Assembly: GCA_003971905.1 (NCBI GenBank)
Contig: RSEE01000021.1
Span: 620,001 to 684,000 of the forward strand
DNA: 64,000 nt
Direction: 5' to 3'
Source of the DNA: Moniliella sp. 'wahieum'
Taxonomy: Eukaryota
Shown here: piece after piece, positions 61,490-64,000 of the stretch
Layout: each line of letters starts with the position of its first letter
How positions within the stretch are numbered: position 1 is the first letter of the stretch
Translations under genes and position numbers: made by a program
Notes under the pieces: model-generated
Told to the model about the DNA's origin: nothing
Databases searched by the model: none
The model's input: only the letters and a program-made list of their open reading frames with translations

Positions 61490-63300
61490 GATGGCGGTGG
61501 GGGGGAGCGGGAGGGGCGGCGCCGAGGAGGCTGGTCCTGTTATCTATCTCCCTGCTCTGAACATTTCGGCGTGGGCGCCAGGCGGAATGGGCGGAAGGGC
61601 GGTTATCGATTATCGATTATCGATGACCAGGCCCAGATGGCCGTCGCGAGCACCGGCAAGCGCCCGCCCACCATCCGCCGCCAGCCGCTCGTCATGTCGG
61701 CGCGCACGCTCCATGGGGCTCCTTTCCAAAAAGGTGGCACTTTGACTGGGTTCTTGGTGGGAGCTACAAGGACCAAAGAAAGGGGGCCCTTTCTTCTTTC
61801 TCTCTCTCACTTGAGGGATTGAACTGAGTGATGCATGTAGTAGTTGCTGCCCTCCACGATGGTCCCAAGGGAGTAGTGACGCAGCGGTTAGCGTGTGAGA
61901 TTGCAACTTGGGTTGACATCATCTTGAAGTCGTTGGTTCAAGTCCGACCTACTCCTTTCTTTTTGCCTGGGCTGTTGTGTTTTGTGCACGCCCCTCGAAT
62001 GCGATGCAATCTCTCCTTGCTCTGTCCCTCTACCCCCCTGGGCTAGGCCTTGCCTTGGACAGGAGTGCCGTCTGCGCGTGTGCCGTGATCCGACCGACAC
62101 GGCCATCTGCCGTCATCAATCCCCATCAGCCCCAGTTTGTCCGAGGTGGGCTGGCAAATCAAATCCCCCTGCGCTTCCGCCCCTCCTGTTCCGCCCTCCA
62201 CCATCCACACGCGCTTTTCAGACGACGGATCGACGTCTTCTCCACCCGTTTTTTCCACCACCACCCCAGCATGCGTCTCTTCCCTCGCTGAGCACGCACA
62301 GGCAGCCCGCCTCGGCCGCACCCACCGTACGTTCTTTGCTCTGCCCCGGCTCCCCTCTCGCCTTCATGATGAAGACACAGATAATCCATTCCCCGATCGG
62401 GGGCGGAGCTGCGCGGAAGACAGATGTGCCCTTTGGGCCCCTGTCTTTGCGCACCTCAGCTGCCCAGGTGCTGGTGGACCCAGAGCCAACTGCGCTCAGG
62501 CACGGCTCCTTGCTCTGTCCCTCCCCTCCTCCTTGCAGGAGGCGGAGGGCGGAGCAGGTGTGAGCCACCTGGGCTCAAGCGTTCTGGTATCCACTGGCCA
62601 GGCTGGCGGCTGGGGCATGCAGCTCCGTCCCTGTGTGACGTGATCAATTCTCTCTGATTTCGTTTCGCTTTGCTTCGTTTTTCCTTGCTTTCCCTCCGCA
62701 CTCGTGGGTGGCGGGTTCGTCGTGAGGTAGAGTTGCTGACGTTTTTTTTTGGCGGTTGCTGCTCAGATTGGCCGTTGCCCGCTTTTCTGTCTTGGTCCCC
62801 TTCATATCCCACCCGATACCCCATCTTCTACCTGCGCACGCACGATTGCAATGACTGTCCCCTCTTGTGGGCAGCATCCCTTGTCGCACGTTGCCTGCTT
62901 TTCCTGCCAGCTTGTAATTGTATTGTATTGTAGTGGATTGTGTTGTACTGCCTGCAGTCCATATGTAGCCGCCCCAGTAGCCATGCGAATCGTGCCTCGC
63001 CGCTGACATGGGACAAGCGACGGACGCAGGGCTGAGGACGGGGGAGGGTGGTGGATGGAGGGTTGCCTGGCCATTCACCTGTTTTTCTGCTGCGATCGGA
63101 CTGGTTCGCTACGGGCGAACGGGATCCGGACGGTGTGTGGAGAGTGCACGCAACCCTAGCAACGCCCGGCGTCCCACACTGGCGCCGTGCCAGCCCAGTG
63201 CTGTTGTCTTCTTGCTTGGCTCAGCTCCGCGCTTGGCAACCGCGTCCTCCTGCCCACCACCACCACCTCCACCACCACCACCCCACCACCACCACCCGCC

Positions 63301-64000
63301 ATGATCGACCTGCCGCGGATGCGCCCGCGCGCGCCCCGAGCTCCGGGCGCGCCCCCGCCCGGCCGCTGGCACGCCTCGCCGCTCGGCTGCCAGGCCGCGC
63401 CCTACACACCTCGGCCCCGCTCCGCACCCCCGCGCCGCCGACTCGCCTCGGCCGTCCTGGCGTCCCAGCACGCGTGTTGCCAGTGGCCACCGCCCCCACA
63501 GCGACATCTCCACCTTGGACCTCGAGCCCAGTGCGCCTCCCTCCGTCTCCGCCCCCTTCACCTCCACCTCCACCTTTGCCCGCTCCAGTCGCCGCCGCCA
63601 CCTGGCCTCGGACCTCGACCCCGCGTCCACGGCCCCTCCCAAGTCCAAGGCCAAGTCCAAGTCCCAGTCCAAGCCCCAGACCACTCCCAAGCCCACGTCC
63701 TACTTGGACTCGATCATGTCCGTCCTCTGGCCTTCGCGCTCCCGCCGTCGCACCCATTCCGCCGCGTTTGGACACGAATCTTACCCGGAGCCACCCGCGG
63801 CCGTCGCACCGCCCCCCACACCGGGACACGTGTCGGAGTCCATGTCCGCTGCGCCCTCCGGCGCGCAGACCTTGATGCCCGTCGCCTCGACGCCCATCGC
63901 GTCCCGCCCGCACATCTCCTTTAGCCAGTGGGCAACACGAGCGCGGCCGAGGTGAGTGCGTCGGTAGGCTATGGCCCCGTCGGTGCTCGCATCCCTTCTC
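63301..64000 (+). CDS. Probable 5' part of a Pro/Ser-rich hypothetical protein, running off the window
   Basis: ATG at 63301 in a CCCGCCATG context, GC-rich codon-like ORFs (for example 63515-63955), and a GTGAGT splice donor at ~63952. No domain recognised. Confidence 0.3.

Noticed and set aside
60306..61745. Long antisense ORFs (479 aa here; also 42234-43268, 57434-58699, 31295-32206)
   Set aside because: They are shadows of GC-rich coding sequence on the opposite strand and carry no independent motifs.
1..64000. Mass pseudogenisation or programmed ribosomal frameshifting
   Set aside because: Indels hit essential genes indiscriminately, cluster in homopolymers and leave motifs intact, so sequencing error is far more parsimonious.

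Overview
GC-rich fungal nuclear DNA, not prokaryotic. It has short GT-AG introns of about 50-135 nt with CTRAC/CTAAC branch sites and intron-poor large genes, which suggests a basidiomycete, possibly Ustilaginomycotina (inference). About 25 protein-coding genes can be reconstructed. Most are conserved: Far1/Ste5-like RING-PH-vWA protein, ARG8, EMC5, BolA/Bol2, RPP1, TMA23, cyclophilin A, MSS4/DSS4, alkaline ceramidase, HST2-type sirtuin, CAP/SRV2, FAB1, PAF-acetylhydrolase, GDPD/PGC1, HUA1, YAR1, SYS1 and a YHR202W-like 5'-nucleotidase. Almost every gene is broken by single-base indels, most simply explained as uncorrected long-read errors, so gene ends are approximate. Most notable items: (1) a roughly 1350-aa protein (51004-55322, minus strand) made of seven dynein-light-chain (LC8)-like domains, with conserved TQ-rich segments, glycine-zipper/His-rich linkers and Q/G/Y prion-like linkers, and four repeats sharing an identically placed intron; (2) next to it, an intact 'half eIF4A' pseudo-helicase and a Ty3/Gypsy relic; (3) a prothymosin-alpha-like acidic protein; (4) a recurring intergenic signature of 7-bp-period tandem repeats built from a 6-bp A....T palindrome plus one base. 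All family calls are from motif recognition by eye; no database searches were run.
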